DNA from: Penicillus capitatus | Lineage: Eukaryota; Plantae; Chlorophyta | DNA: 64,000 bases | NCBI GenBank assembly: GCA_965649825.1 | Contig: OZ287701.1 | Span: forward strand, 1,043,101 to 1,107,100 | Direction of reading: 5' to 3' | Shown here: positions 12,730 to 24,999 of the stretch, in pieces | Position numbering within the stretch: position 1 is the first letter of the stretch | Layout of the letters: each line of letters opens with the position of its first letter | Translations under genes and position numbers: made by a program | The notes under the pieces: generated by a model | What the model was told of the DNA's origin: nothing | Database searches by the model: none | What the model saw: the letters and a program-made list of their open reading frames with translations, nothing else

Positions 12730-12732
12730 GCC

Positions 12733-14116
12733 AAGAAAATCTTGGCTACAGCGTCCACAAAATCGACACTTTTGTATCTTTGTCAATCTCAAATTAGGGG
12801 ATGGTCCTGTCGTAGGGGACAGTTGTTAGCTTCGCTGTCGTACTACTTGGACAGATGTCCCCTTCCGGGTCATATCATCATTAAGATGCTTGAACGCGTC
12901 CCCTGTATGAACTCTGCCTCCTCTGTAATCCCCTGTGTTGTAGCTTATTCCTAACGGATTCTATCAAGAAGGTGACATTCTTGACCACTGTCATTTGGTC
13001 GAGCGCGTTTGGCATCGGCCATTGGTTCCGCGTCGTGAATTCTTCAAAAGACCAAACGTTTTTTACACCTAATTCATCATGGAGTCTGTATTTATCGCTT
13101 CGATCGCAGCATCCCATCAGTTTTGCCTGTCGCATCGGACTGTCATCTTTCTGATCCCTCGTCACCAATGTGACATCATGCTTCCGTCCGTACCATGAGG
13201 AGTTCACACCACCAAACCATCTCCGGCGCAATAGTGGCCGTGGGAAAACTTGCAACCACCTTCCTCGACCTAGTCGGAAGCTCCTTGAAGAGCGTCTTCA
13301 TCTGTGTCTCTCGCGGAAGCCCAGATTGAGCAGCCAGAACCCTAAACTTTCGGCAAACTATGGCAACTGTTGCGCGCCCGGCCATCTCCGGCCGCTGACG
13401 ACAAGAGGCGGCGGGCTGCCTACTCTGAGTGATGCAGGTCAAGTGACGTTCGCGCAGAGGAAGTCGTGTCGTTCGCGTTCCTGGCCTCCCTACGGTCGAG
13501 GGCCTCGTATGCGTTGCTACGCATACGGCGTCCTCGGCCATATCTCCTTCCCACGTGTCGGCCTCGTCTTCCTGGACTTAGTGGCTGGTCGTTCTCAGGC
13601 GTTCCCCTACGGGATTCCTCCACGTCACGTCCCACTCCTGATGGTCCTACTTCTGCGAGATCCACAGGACGATCGTCCTGGATGGAGCTGCGCCTGGAGT
13701 CAAAGAGACCGGTGTTGTGAACCACCCGGTCAGCACCTCGCTGAAATAAATCTGTAGCGTCAGTGCTCCTGCGCTCCGCCTCCCTGAAGTGGCCGAGCGC
13801 GGCAAGGAACGGAGGGTTCTGGTATAACGGCGGATACGGCACAGTCGCACGCGGAATATGTGGTGCTTCGTCGTCGGCCAGAGTGAACGTACGGACGTAA
13901 ACACGAACTGAGTAAATTCCTTACAAACGCAAAAGGGCAAAGCACCAACGTTTCTCCTCCTCTTATCCCGCTCAGGTGATGCGACCCTCTAGGCAGATGA
14001 GTCATCCCTCGCCCGGAGCCAGAGAATAAGGATCCCTCGTGGTCCGGGGTCCCCTCTGACAAGACCCGGAGTGTCCCTTGTACGCGTAGGCCCGTCGTCA
14101 GCAAGACAGTCCCATC
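12733..14116 (-). mobile_element. Putative small non-autonomous element (X), copy 1, decayed, with a gag-like ORF remnant
   Basis: Near-identical to 38007-39730 but lacks 343 bp, and a 4-bp CCGT duplication near 13184-13191 splits the ORF. VAIVCRKFRVLAAQSGLPRETQMKTLFKELP loosely resembles a retrotransposon gag capsid helix. Bounded by motif A and motif B. The element call is an inference. Confidence 0.3.
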
Positions 14117-15638
14117 AACCGTTTTCCTCCCATATGCTCAGTCATCGTCATCTTACCGACACCACGCATACGCGTTACACTTAAATCTGCGCACCATGCG
14201 ACTTCGTGGTTCTTAGCGACGGGGCCGTCGTTCGGGGCACTGTCTTTGGCGTTGGATAGCGCGTCTATGCTGTGAATGTCCCATCAGATGCGATGGGATT
14301 CGAGTGAGATTTATGAGGATGTCTGTGGCAGAGCGAGAATCACAGTATAGTCAAGTGACTGTGAGATAACATAATGATGAGTCAATACACAGAACGTAGT
14401 GTAACGTCACATCATTGTACTGTTATGTGTGAATGTGTTTCTTAAAAGCAAACAGACGTTTCTCGCAAAAAGATATCGAGTGTTTGAAACCCCCCTTTTT
14501 ATATGATTTCTCAGCATGACGTTATGATTGCGTCATGCTTCTTGTCATGATATCATCTTCTCCTTCAGTTCTTCCTCCTTCTTCAACTTCTTGATAGTGA
14601 CAGTACACAAGGTGCTTCGCGGATTCGCCGTCGTTTCACGCGTCGCGTCGTCGTTACAGTAAGGCACTGAGTTCTCATTTCCCAAGTGCGTAACAGCAAC
14701 GTTTCCCCCTTTTCTCTTTGAATCTGCAAGAACCCTTTCGCCAAAAGTTTCCTTTACGTTCAAACATAGGCAGAGGAGGTTCATCTTGAAAAATTGCCAC
14801 TTGCCCGTCTCTGGCCTGGTATTCTACCGTTTGCACTCGATATGCTCTGAGACACCAAGCATCTCAACCCCATTAAGGTCTATGTCAACCGTAATCATTA
14901 TCCTCGGCAAGTCTTCCAAGGAGTCAGTCGTTTTGCATTCGGCCGTAGGAAGGAGCTCCGTTATTTTTGGTTCCTTGAAATGGAGATGGAATGATTCCAC
15001 ATCAGTTTGTTTTTAGGCTGTCTATCAGAAAGACCGAACGGACTTGTTTCAGTAAGGATCTTCAAGAGGGGAAAAGACAGCGAAAATTCTGAATCACGAT
15101 TCTTTCTCCTTTCTTCGGCATCTCTAGCTAGCAGTTATTTCATTGGCACGCATTTCCAGCGATTGGCAACCTTGGCGAAATGCAGCCATCGCATAAGCAT
15201 CTTATATGAAACAACTCATTGACACCTGCATTCAGTCCGGCCTGGCAAGATTTTCTGTTTGGCCGAAGGTAACATTTTGTTGACGCGGCGTTAGTCTGGT
15301 AACTTTGCTGAATGTTTAGGAGTACATTGCCGTGCTTGTTTTGCGTGTTTTTTCTTTTCACTTACCCAAGTCAGCGTTTGGAATATCCACTGATGCTCTA
15401 TGTTCTGTCGTTGCCAACGTGCTGTACGTTACGACATTATCTTCGCAGATGTGTGTCTGGCCTTTTCCAAATATGAGTGAAAAGCGAAGTCCCTTTCTTG
15501 TTTTGGACAAATCTGACGTTATTGACAAGAGGATAGCAGTCATTTCAGATTTGCTGCAAACGCGTCATCACCATCGACCGACAAAGGACACAAAGATTCT
15601 TTCTCTAAACAAGAATTATTTCTCGTAATAACACTTTC

Positions 15639-15978
15639 TGTAGGATACGAACCTCTAACTGTCATCTGTGTAACCACCGGAAGCGGTGGAGCCGTCACAC
15701 AACCATCCAGGCGCGCCGACCATCGGTCGCGACGGATGTCGGCTCCCGACCTAACTTCCCCATAACGTAAGGGGTGTGGTTATGCTACCTGCACTAGGAG
15801 TTCGCAGCTGTTAGGACGTAAGGTTAGGAAGTCCATAACCACCCTGGGTATATAAGGTCGACAATTTACCTTGTAAACACTCCTATTCGTATCGCACAAA
15901 ATCTGATTGCGTTTCTGTCGTGACGTTGCGCAAAGGCTCGACTATCTTTGGAACACGTCGTTACATCGATTCCCAATA
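15639..15978. mobile_element. 340-bp insertion with target-site duplication, solo-LTR-like
   Basis: Absent from the duplicate copy, where the empty site ACACTTTCCCTTC is near 41058. Flanked by CTTTC at 15634-15638 and 15979-15983 (or 6-bp ACTTTC). Begins TGTAGG and contains a TATATAA box near 15849. Confidence 0.7.
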
Positions 15979-16433
15979 CTTTCCCTTCGCGATATGACAC
16001 GAATGTGGCAACCTTTCAATTGCTTCGTCCGCAGCACTGTAAAATGTCGAGAATCTTGCCAATTTGTGAAACATTCCTCAACGGCAAAGAACTCTCCTCT
16101 TACAACTCTAGCCCGTTTTTTAGCCACTTTCATCGATACCCATACATACTTGAGTGACATGGGTTGTACTTTAATGCACTTAATAAAGCGCCTAAATCAC
16201 ATATCCACCAAATGAAAGCACACACTAGACGAGCCAGAACATCTGGTTATCATATGTGGAAGATAAGACGCCCAAAGACAAGTAAATCTTCTTCAACAGA
16301 CCGGAACATTGAGGAAGTCGTTTTCTCCATCATCGAAACACTTGTGACGGAAAATGCGCAAAAAACATATAAGTGGTGACGTGTCTCGATCGCTCGAGTT
16401 CTGTGAACGTTTATTCTGAAAGTGCCCTTTCAT

Positions 16434-19400
16434 TCATTCTTTCGTCACAAGGTTCTCCAACAAGCCCGGAAACTTCTCTTCAAAACCTTTCTTCAAATAC
16501 TCAAGTTGCTTGTCGAGAGCTTTCCCTTCCCAGCTCCCAATCTCATGCGATGATAATGCATGCAACACGAAGGGAACTTTCTTATCTTTTGTAGGAAGAG
16601 CCAGTGTGAACGAATTTTGAACAAAGATGAGCAAGAGGTTGCTCTTTAAGGCAGAGATACTTGATTTATGAATCCAATCAAGTCTTGATTCGCTTGGTGT
16701 TGTTTCTGGAGTTTGCTGACTGGAAAAGAGTTCGCTGCCACGCAGTTTCTGAATCATCGGAATATGATCGCCCACGAGGGTAAGAGCCGTCTTAACGACT
16801 CCCCTGAGAGCCTTCAACGCATTCGAATGCACATCGCTGTGTTTTTCGATGGATCCTCTATCGAGCATTGGCATAAATTTACCGACAAGATGCGCAGCTG
16901 CCTCCAGGGCCTGAAACGCTGCCGAACACACATCGCGGTGTTCGTCGATGCACCCTCTTTCGAGCATCGGCATAAATTCATCCACAAGTTGCGGTGCTGC
17001 CTCGATGACCAAGCCGAGGGTCTCTATTGCTGTCAGACGCACGAAAAAATCTTCGTCGCTTTGAACTTTCTCGATAATCGGCAAGAGGATATTCGAGAGG
17101 TGTGGCGTTGCCCCGATGACCTTGCCGACGACCTCGGATGTGGTCGAACGCACGAAATATACTTCGTCGGTACACCCTCCATAAAAAAGCATAAGCAATT
17201 TGCCTGCGAGGTCTGGCGCCGCGTTCACGACATCGGATACAGCCTCTATTGCTTTTTGACGCACGAAGAAGTTTTTGTCGGTGCATCCTGCCTCCAACAA
17301 CGAGAATAGTTTGCTCAGGATGTCCGATGAGTCAGCGACGACACTTCCAATCGCCGTGACCGCTGCATGACGCACGTGCCAGTCTGCGTCGTCGCACCCT
17401 TCAGCCAACGTCAGCAAAGCCTCGCCGGCGTGTTGAGGGGCCGCCGCGACGACACTTCCGATCGCCGTCACAGTTGCTTTACGCACGGCCGAGTCTTTGT
17501 CGCCACACAACTTAGACAACGTCGGCAGAGACCCGCCGGCGTGTTGAGGGGCCGCCGCGAAGACACGTTCAATCGCCGTCACGGCTGATATGCGCACGTC
17601 CGAGTTTCGGTCGCCGCACAATATAGACAACGTCGGCAGAGACCCGCTGGCGTGTTGAGGGGCCGCCGCGACGACACTTCCAATTGCCGTCACAGCTGAT
17701 ATGCGCACGTCCGAGTTTCGGTCGCCGCACAACATAGACAACATCGGCAGAGACCCGCCGGCGTGTTGAGGGGCCGCCGCGACGACACTTCCGATCGCCG
17801 TCACAGTTGCTTTACGCACGGCCGAGTCTTTGTCGCCACACAACTTAGCCAGCGTCGGCAGGACCTCGCCAGCTTGTTGAGGCGCCGCTTCGACAACACT
17901 TTCGATCGCCGTCACAGTTGCTTTACGCACGTCCGAGTCTTTGTCGCCATACAACTTAGCTAGCTTCAGCAGAGCATCGCTGGCGTGTCGAGGCGCCGCC
18001 GCAACGGCTCTTTCAATAGCCGTCATCGCTGCTTGACTTACGTACGGGCTTTCGCCCAAGTACAACATAGCCAACGTCGGCAAAGCCACGCCGGCGTGTT
18101 TAGGCGACGCCGCGACAACACTTCCGATCGCCGTCGCCGCTGATATGCGAACGTCCGAGTTTCCGTCGTTGCACAATATAGACAACGTCGACAGAGACCA
18201 GCCGGCGTGTTGAGGTGCCGCCGCGACGACACTTCCGATCGCCGTCGCCGCTGATATGCGAACGTCCGAGTTTCCGTCGTCGCGCAACTTAGACAACGTC
18301 GGCAGGACCTCGCTGGCCTGTAGAGGTGCCGCCGCGACGACAATTCCGATCGCCGTCGCCGCTGATATGCGAACGTCCGACTTTCTGTCGCCGCACAACA
18401 TAGACAACGTCGGCAGGACCTCGCTGGCGTGTTGAGGCGCCGCCGCAACGACACTTCCAATGGCCGTCACCGCTGTATGACGCACGTGCCAGTCTGCGTC
18501 ACGGCACCCTTTAACCAGCGTCGGCAGGACCTCGCCGGCGTATTTAGGCGACGCCGCAGCGACACTTCCAATCGCTGTCATCGATGCTTGACCCACAAAC
18601 CATTCCTTGTCGCCACACCATTTAGCCAGCGTCAGTAGAGCATCGCCAGCGTATTTAGGCGCAACCGCGGCCACACTGCCAATCGCTGTCACCGCTGCTT
18701 GACACACGTTTGAATCTCTGTCGCCGCACCCCTTAGCCAGCGTCGGAAGGACCTCCTCGGCATATTGAGGTGCCGCCGTAGCGACACTTCCAATCGCCGT
18801 TATCGCTCCTCGACGCACGTGCAAGTCTGTGTCGTCGCACCCTTCAGCCAGCGTCAGCAAAGCCTCGCCGGCGTGTTGAGGCGCCGCCGCGACGACACTT
18901 CCAATAGCTGTTGTTGCGTCTCGACGTACAAACCTGTTTTCGCCGCCGCACCCTTCAGCCAGCGTCAGTAGAGCATCTCTGGCGTGTTGAGGCGCCGCCG
19001 CAACGGCTCTTTCAATCGCCGTCATCGCTGCTTGTCGTTCATACGGGCTTTCGCTCAAGCACATCATAGCCAACGTCAGCAGAGCCTCGCCGGCGTGTTT
19101 AGACGACGCCACAGCGACACTGCCAATAGCCGTCGCCGCTGATATGCGAACGTCCGAGTTTCCGTCGCCGCACAACATAGACAATGTCGGCAGGACCTCG
19201 CTGGCGTGTTGAGGCGCCGCCGCAACGACACTTCCAATCGCCGTGGCCGCTGTATGACGCACGTGCCAGTCTGTATCGTCGCACCCTTCAGCCAGCGTCA
19301 GCAGAGCATCGCCGGCGTGTTGAGGCGCCGCCGCAACGACGTTTCCAAGTGCGATCATCGCTGCTTTACGCACGTCCGACTTTCCATCGCCGCACAACAT

Positions 19401-22400
19401 AGACAACGTCGGCAGGACCTCGCTGGCGTGTTGAGGCGCCGCCGCAACGACACTTCCAATCGCCGTGACCGCTGCATGACGCATGTGCCAGTCTGCGTCG
19501 TCGCACCCTTCAGCCAACGTCAGCAAAGCCTCGCCGGCGTGTTGAGGGGCCGCCGCGACGACACTTCCGATCGCCGTCACAGTTGCTTTACGCACGTCCG
19601 AGTCTTCGTCGCCACACAACTTAGCCAACGTCGGCAAAGCCTCGCCGGCGTGTTTAGGCGCCGCTGCGACAACACTTCCAATCGCCGTCAAAGCTACTTG
19701 ACGCATGTCTGGGCTTTTGTCGTTGAACCACTTAGTCGATCTTGGCGGAGTCCCGTAGGCGTGATGATATGCCGCCAGACCGATCCTTCCGATAGCCGTT
19801 GTCGCCGCTTGACGCACGTGCCAGTCTGTGTCATCCTGCTTTTCAGCCAGCGTGGGCAAAGCGTCGCAGGCGTGTTGAGGCGCCGCCGCAACGACGTTTC
19901 CAAGTGCGATCATCGCTGCTTTACGCACGTCCGACTTTCCATCGCCGCACAACGTAGACAACGTCGGCAGGACCTCGCTGGCGTGTTGAGGCGCCGCCGT
20001 AACGACACTTCCAATCGCCGTGACCGCTGCATGACGCATGTGCCAGTCTGCGTCGTCGCACCCTTCAGCCAACGTCAGCAAAGCCTCGCCGGCGTGTTGA
20101 GGGGCCGCCGCGACGACACTTCCGATCGCCGTCACAGTTGCTTTACGCACGTCCGAGTCTTCGTCGCCACACAACTTAGCCAACGTCGGCAAAGCCTCGC
20201 CGGCGTGTTTAGGCGCCGCTGCGACAACACTTCCAATCGCCGTCAAAGCTACTTGACGCATGTCTGGGCTTTTGTCGTTGAACCACTTAGCCAACTTCGG
20301 CAAAGCCTCGCTGGCGTGTTGAGGGGCCGCCGCGACGACACTTCCGATCGCCGTCACAGTTGCTTTACGCACGTCCGAGTCTTCGTCGCCACACAACTTA
20401 GCCAACGTCGGCAAAGCCTCGCCGGCGTGTTTAGGCGCCGCTGCGACAACACTTCCAATCGCCGTCAAAGCTACTTGACGCATGTCTGGGCTTTTGTCGT
20501 TGAACCACTTAGCCAACTTCGGCAAAGCCTCGCTGGCGTGTTGAGGGGCCGCCGCGACGACACTTCCGATCGCCGTCACAGTTGCTTTACGCACGTCCGA
20601 GTCTTCGTCGCCACACAACTTAGCCAACGTCGGCAAAGCCTCGCCGGCGTGTTTAGGCGCCGCTGCGACAACACTTCCAATCGCCGTCAAAGCTACTTGA
20701 CGCATGTCTGGGCTTTTGTCGTTGAACCACTTAGCCAACTTCGGCAAAGCCTCGCTGGCGTGTTGAGGGGCCGCCGCGACGACACTTCCGATCGCCGTCA
20801 CAGTTGCTTTACGCACGGCCGAGTCTTTGTCGCCACACAACTTAGCCAACGTCGGCAAAGCCTCGCCGGCGTGTTGAGGGGCCGATACGACGACACTTCC
20901 AATTGTCAATACCGCTGTTTTACGCACGTCCGAGTCTTCGTCGCCACACAACTTAGCCAACGTCGGCAAAGCCTCGCCGGCGTGTTTAGGCGCCGCCTCG
21001 ACGACACTTCCGAGTGCGGTCGTTGCCGCTTGACGCACGTACCGGTCTCCGTGGCCGCACATCTTAACCATCGTGGGCAGAACCTCGCTGGCTTGTTGGG
21101 GCAATTGTTCTGCGATGAAACCTGACCTTTCTATGCTCTGCTTTTTAGTGCGCCGACCGTCCGGTTTTTCCACTTTTTGCAATACGAATTGAATTATCAT
21201 TTCACTTTGCTTCAGATGATGGTTTGTGAGCTGTAAGACATCTGCGATCTTCGCCATTTCTTCACGTGTTAAGTCATGCACAGAAGTCAGCGTCTTCTTT
21301 GCTTCTTCGATGGTGTTATTGAGAACTTGAGGTAATTCTTCCAAAATGTGAGGCAGTTGTTGTAACTCTTGGACAACGATTTTACGAATCGGAAGATCGT
21401 CTATAGTGCGCTCGAGCAGTTGACGGGCACTTTTTACGAGTTTGACAACTTCTCTGGCCTTCAAAAGTTCTTTCAAATCGTCCTCATCAGTTCCTTCCAG
21501 TGTTGCCTCGAGTACTCGCATCCTAAGGAAAAAGTGCTGTATCCCCAGAACTTCGATGGGTGCTTTGTCGACAAGCGAAAGCATCTCTTGCATTGCAGTC
21601 TTGCTTCTCCCTTGTGCTAAGGCGTGCATAGCGAAGGAAAGTGTCAGTGCGTGCTCTCGATTGTATTTTTCTTGTCGAATGAAGTCCATCACTCTCTCTT
21701 TGTCCGATCCTTTTGTTCTTAGGGTTTTTGCAATATATCTTGCGGCAAAGTATTGCTGAAACGATTCGTGAGGGAACTGATATTTTTGGCACTCTGACAC
21801 GGGCAAGAGGAGTCCGCTCTCTTTGAATGTTCGAGTTGCATTCTTTGACGTTGCATGGCTGTCGACATAGCTTTCGTGGATGAGAACTGCTTTATGGCGA
21901 AGCGATTCAAAGGCGATTCTTTCCAGAGTCTGAAAGAGTTCCGCTTTCTGAATGTTTTCTCTGGTTGGCTTTCCTTCAAACTTTTTCCAGACAAAGTTCG
22001 TTATGTCGTTGTATATCTGGAACATGCTCGCTCTCTTTCTTCGTTCTTCCGTTGTGGTTCCGTGCTTTTTCGACAAGGAACAGAGAACGCTTGCCGTCGC
22101 TGGAATGTGCGCCACCTCCCATAAAGCATCAGAGTCTTCGATGAAGCGGATAAGCCTCGGAGCCTCGTCTCCGGACAACTCGTTCTTTATATAATCTCGC
22201 AATTGTTGGTCGTCGAATCCGAGACACTCCACTTGAATGTCGACGCGTTTTTCCACTCCTCTCGTGTTGTACGGACGAAAAAGAAACAGCACTTTGCAGG
22301 AGCGCTCCCAAATGGTGGATAAGAGGTCTATCGCATGGTCACTCGCCTCATCCAATCCATCAACCATGACCAGTGTTGAAGGGTCGTCGAGATCAAGTTC

Positions 22401-24486
22401 CACTCGAGCCACTAGGTCTTCGCAGTCGAAAGTGTGCTTGCTTTCGGGGAAGCATATCTGCGATACCGCTTCTTCGAGTCTTGTCCACTTCTGTCCGTTG
22501 TGCCATGCACTGTTGAGATGACTCGCAGCCACAGCGTAAACGGCGTTGAAATCCTGTGCCATTGCTCCCAATGCCCATCTGTGTGCAATGACTCTTGCGA
22601 CGCACGTCTTTCCCGAGCCGGGGTTTCCGTAGAGAAGCACTCTCTGAACTTCGCTTTCCGGGTCTACGGGTTTGAGAGCTCTTCGTTTGAACAGGTCGTC
22701 TAGAGCAATAGGGTTCTTGACTCCTGTCTTCTCCTCGCGGTGTTCCTTCGCTCGGTTCCCTCCGCGGTTTGAAGATTCTCCCTTCTTTTCTTCCACTCCT
22801 TGGACAGCTCCTTCTGATCCACGTCTCGATTCAGTTTCCCGTACTTCCACGGTTTCGCCAGAAAGGACGACGTGGTGCTTCATGTCCTTGACATGTAGGG
22901 GAGATCCTTCTTCGGTCAAAGAAGTCACCTGCAGGAACAAGACGATCTTATCGACTTGGGTGCGCTTCTCGTTGTAGTACCGTCGCAAAATCATTGTGCA
23001 AGTATCTCTGCCTCAACTCTTCTTGATGTGCATTCATGACAGCAAGTGGAATGTACCCCACGTCTCTGCCAATCCGAGTCAACAATTCTTCGTGTTCCGG
23101 CACGATCCCCTGTAACCTCGCAACTCGAAGCTTGTCTTCTATGCTGTTTCCGTCCAACCATTCCATGAGCGCGTCTCTAGTGGACCCCTCGCAAGATTGA
23201 TGTAATGCTTCGAGTGCTTCCTTGGTCGTTTCGTTGCCTTGGCCAGTATAGCGGTGCACGTCGTATATGACATCAAAGAGTGCCATCAAGATGTCGTCAT
23301 CGTCGATCCATCCTTCACTGACGGCTTGCTGCGTTGCCAGATCCGACAACATGATCGTTGCTTCTCTGCGAGTGCTCTCCGATGATCCTTCGATTGCTAG
23401 CATGCCCAACTCGTCAATGATTCCAAATCTCAGCGCCTTTAACTCTTCGCCATTTTCTATCTTTCGTTGATTCTCTATTGCGCTACTGTGCGCAGACTCG
23501 AAGGCAGCAAGGTTAATTTCGTCCTTCGTTGCTTTCAGCCTTGCCGCCATCAGATCCCATAGCGAGTCGAACCAAGGTCTCTTCGACATTTTCGACATTT
23601 CGACAAAAGAGACCTGATTTCTTTCGCTGGAATCCTCAGGGGTCGTCGGATCGATGTCGCCTCTTGCCCGATTTCTAAGAGGATGAAAAACACGCACGAG
23701 TCCACGAACGACATATTGTTTTGTTTGTGAAACTATTCGTGGAGTAGTGTCGCCTTTAAGGCGTTTGACTGCTTGACGAAGAACTCGGAAATGCATGTCC
23801 ACAGAGTACAACTCGCAGGAGAGTTTCATGGTTCTCTCTTTCTCTGCAATGGTTCTACTCAACGCTTGCTTCTCTTCTTTGCGAATCTCGTTTTGATTAA
23901 CGGTATTGAGCAGAAAAAACGTTTGTTGAAGTGTGACAAAGGTCCCTCTGTGCTCCGAGAAGTTCTCTCTGTTAAGGTTCGGTGTCGCAGATAGACTTCC
24001 CAAAAGCTTCTTTGCTACGACTATCAGCTGCTTAGCGCCACCGTACACAGACGGATTGGTGTGCACAAGTGCCCTGTGGAGGGCGGCGGCGAAGTTCGGT
24101 TTCAGGAATTCCTCTTCGGATATGGAGGAACAAAGGTCGTGAATCAGATTTTGTATAATGGCTTTCTCGTTTTCGGAACTTGGGGCGATGTCGGCCAGTT
24201 CTGCGTACTCGAGGACAGCCTGCGGCACGAGACAATCTTCCCTTCGTTCGTGATACTTGCGCAACCATCCCAGGATGACTGCGCGTTCGTCTTCATCCGT
24301 GACCGCGTTGCACGCTGCAACCAACGACTCGGTGCTGTCGATGCTGTATCTCCTCACGACAGCACGCAGAAGGATTCGATTATAACGTTCTTCAGTCTTC
24401 ACATCTTGGGTTGTGAGCTGACCACCAGTTTCCGACGCGGATGGCCGAACGCCACTGGGTCCTTCGTCAGGAGCTCGGGCTTGCAT
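16434..24486 (-). CDS. NLR-like STAND protein: helical N-terminal domain, NACHT, 34 HEAT-type repeats plus capping repeats (about 2666 aa, one coding intron)
   Basis: Exon 24486-22981, 52-nt GT-AG intron 22980-22929, exon 22928-16434. Walker A LLYGNPGSGKT, Walker B LVMVDGLDE, ECLGF, HIPATASVLC, winged-helix YQFPHESFQQYFAARY, then D.DVR.AA..AIG repeats. Confidence 0.92.
17278..21051 (-). repeat. Array of 34 x 111-bp HEAT-coding units, including exact 222-bp higher-order repeats
   Basis: Units counted from the translation. The same sequence CCGATCGCCGTCACAGTTGC recurs at 20122, 20344, 20566 and 20788 (period 222). Confidence 0.95.
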
Positions 24487-24999
24487 GTTTGCTTGCGTTC
24501 TACAAGACAAAACGTCTTCGCTTGTCGTTCAGCGAAACGGACAAATTCACTTACCGTCGTAAACAGTTCGCAACAAAGTTCGCAGTAGAGAAAGATGCGC
24601 TCGACGTTGTCGTTGACGTTAGAACCAAGTGAATAGATTGATTTGACCGACGCATCTGCCAGAAGAACAGATCCCATCCACAGATGCGGTATCGAGGGGG
24701 ACAGAACTTGTTATTACTGCCGAACGTCCTTGTCTGTGACTGCAACGTTTCTGCAGAAAATCTCCGAAGACGTCACAGAGAGACAGACATCTCAGCACAC
24801 GAGCGTGCTTAGTGCTTAGTAGGCTGAACTTAAGTTAGCATAGTCAAGCAGCAGCCGACTGTATTTCATCAACACTGCCACGATCATTTAGAGTCGTGCG
24901 AAAGGTAATGATCGGCACAGCATACCAGTCAAGGCGATTAAGGCAATGAAGAATCATTGCAGTTGAGAGATAGGGGACGGGAAGGAAAAATCAATGCTC

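Noticed and set aside
14040-14116. Hammerhead ribozyme (CTGACGA on the minus strand of motif B)
   Set aside because: No appropriately placed GAAA or stem III, and the heptamer is not conserved in motif A.
14280-14299. 7-bp inverted repeat TCCCATC...GATGGGA
   Set aside because: Too short to distinguish from chance; no associated terminator or transposon-end context.
14545-15628. Short ORFs duplicated at 40021-41055
   Set aside because: Stops in all frames and no recognisable domain; possibly a decayed gene or element, but not supportable.
17278-21051. CRISPR-like appearance of regularly spaced repeats (also 1-100)
   Set aside because: The units are in-frame coding repeats with no unique spacers and no cas genes, in a eukaryotic context.
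19206-21125. 639-aa plus-strand Arg-rich repetitive ORF (and similar ORFs at 43181-45433)
   Set aside because: Stop-free only because the repeated HEAT unit lacks stops in that frame; composition is not protein-like and it is broken in the paralog.
24498-24660. Transit-peptide-like N-terminal extension of NLR 1 via an upstream exon (MRRSNQSIHLVLTSTTTSS...)
   Set aside because: The intron is conserved in paralog 2 but a 1-nt difference puts the extension out of frame there; more likely a 5' UTR intron with an upstream ATG.
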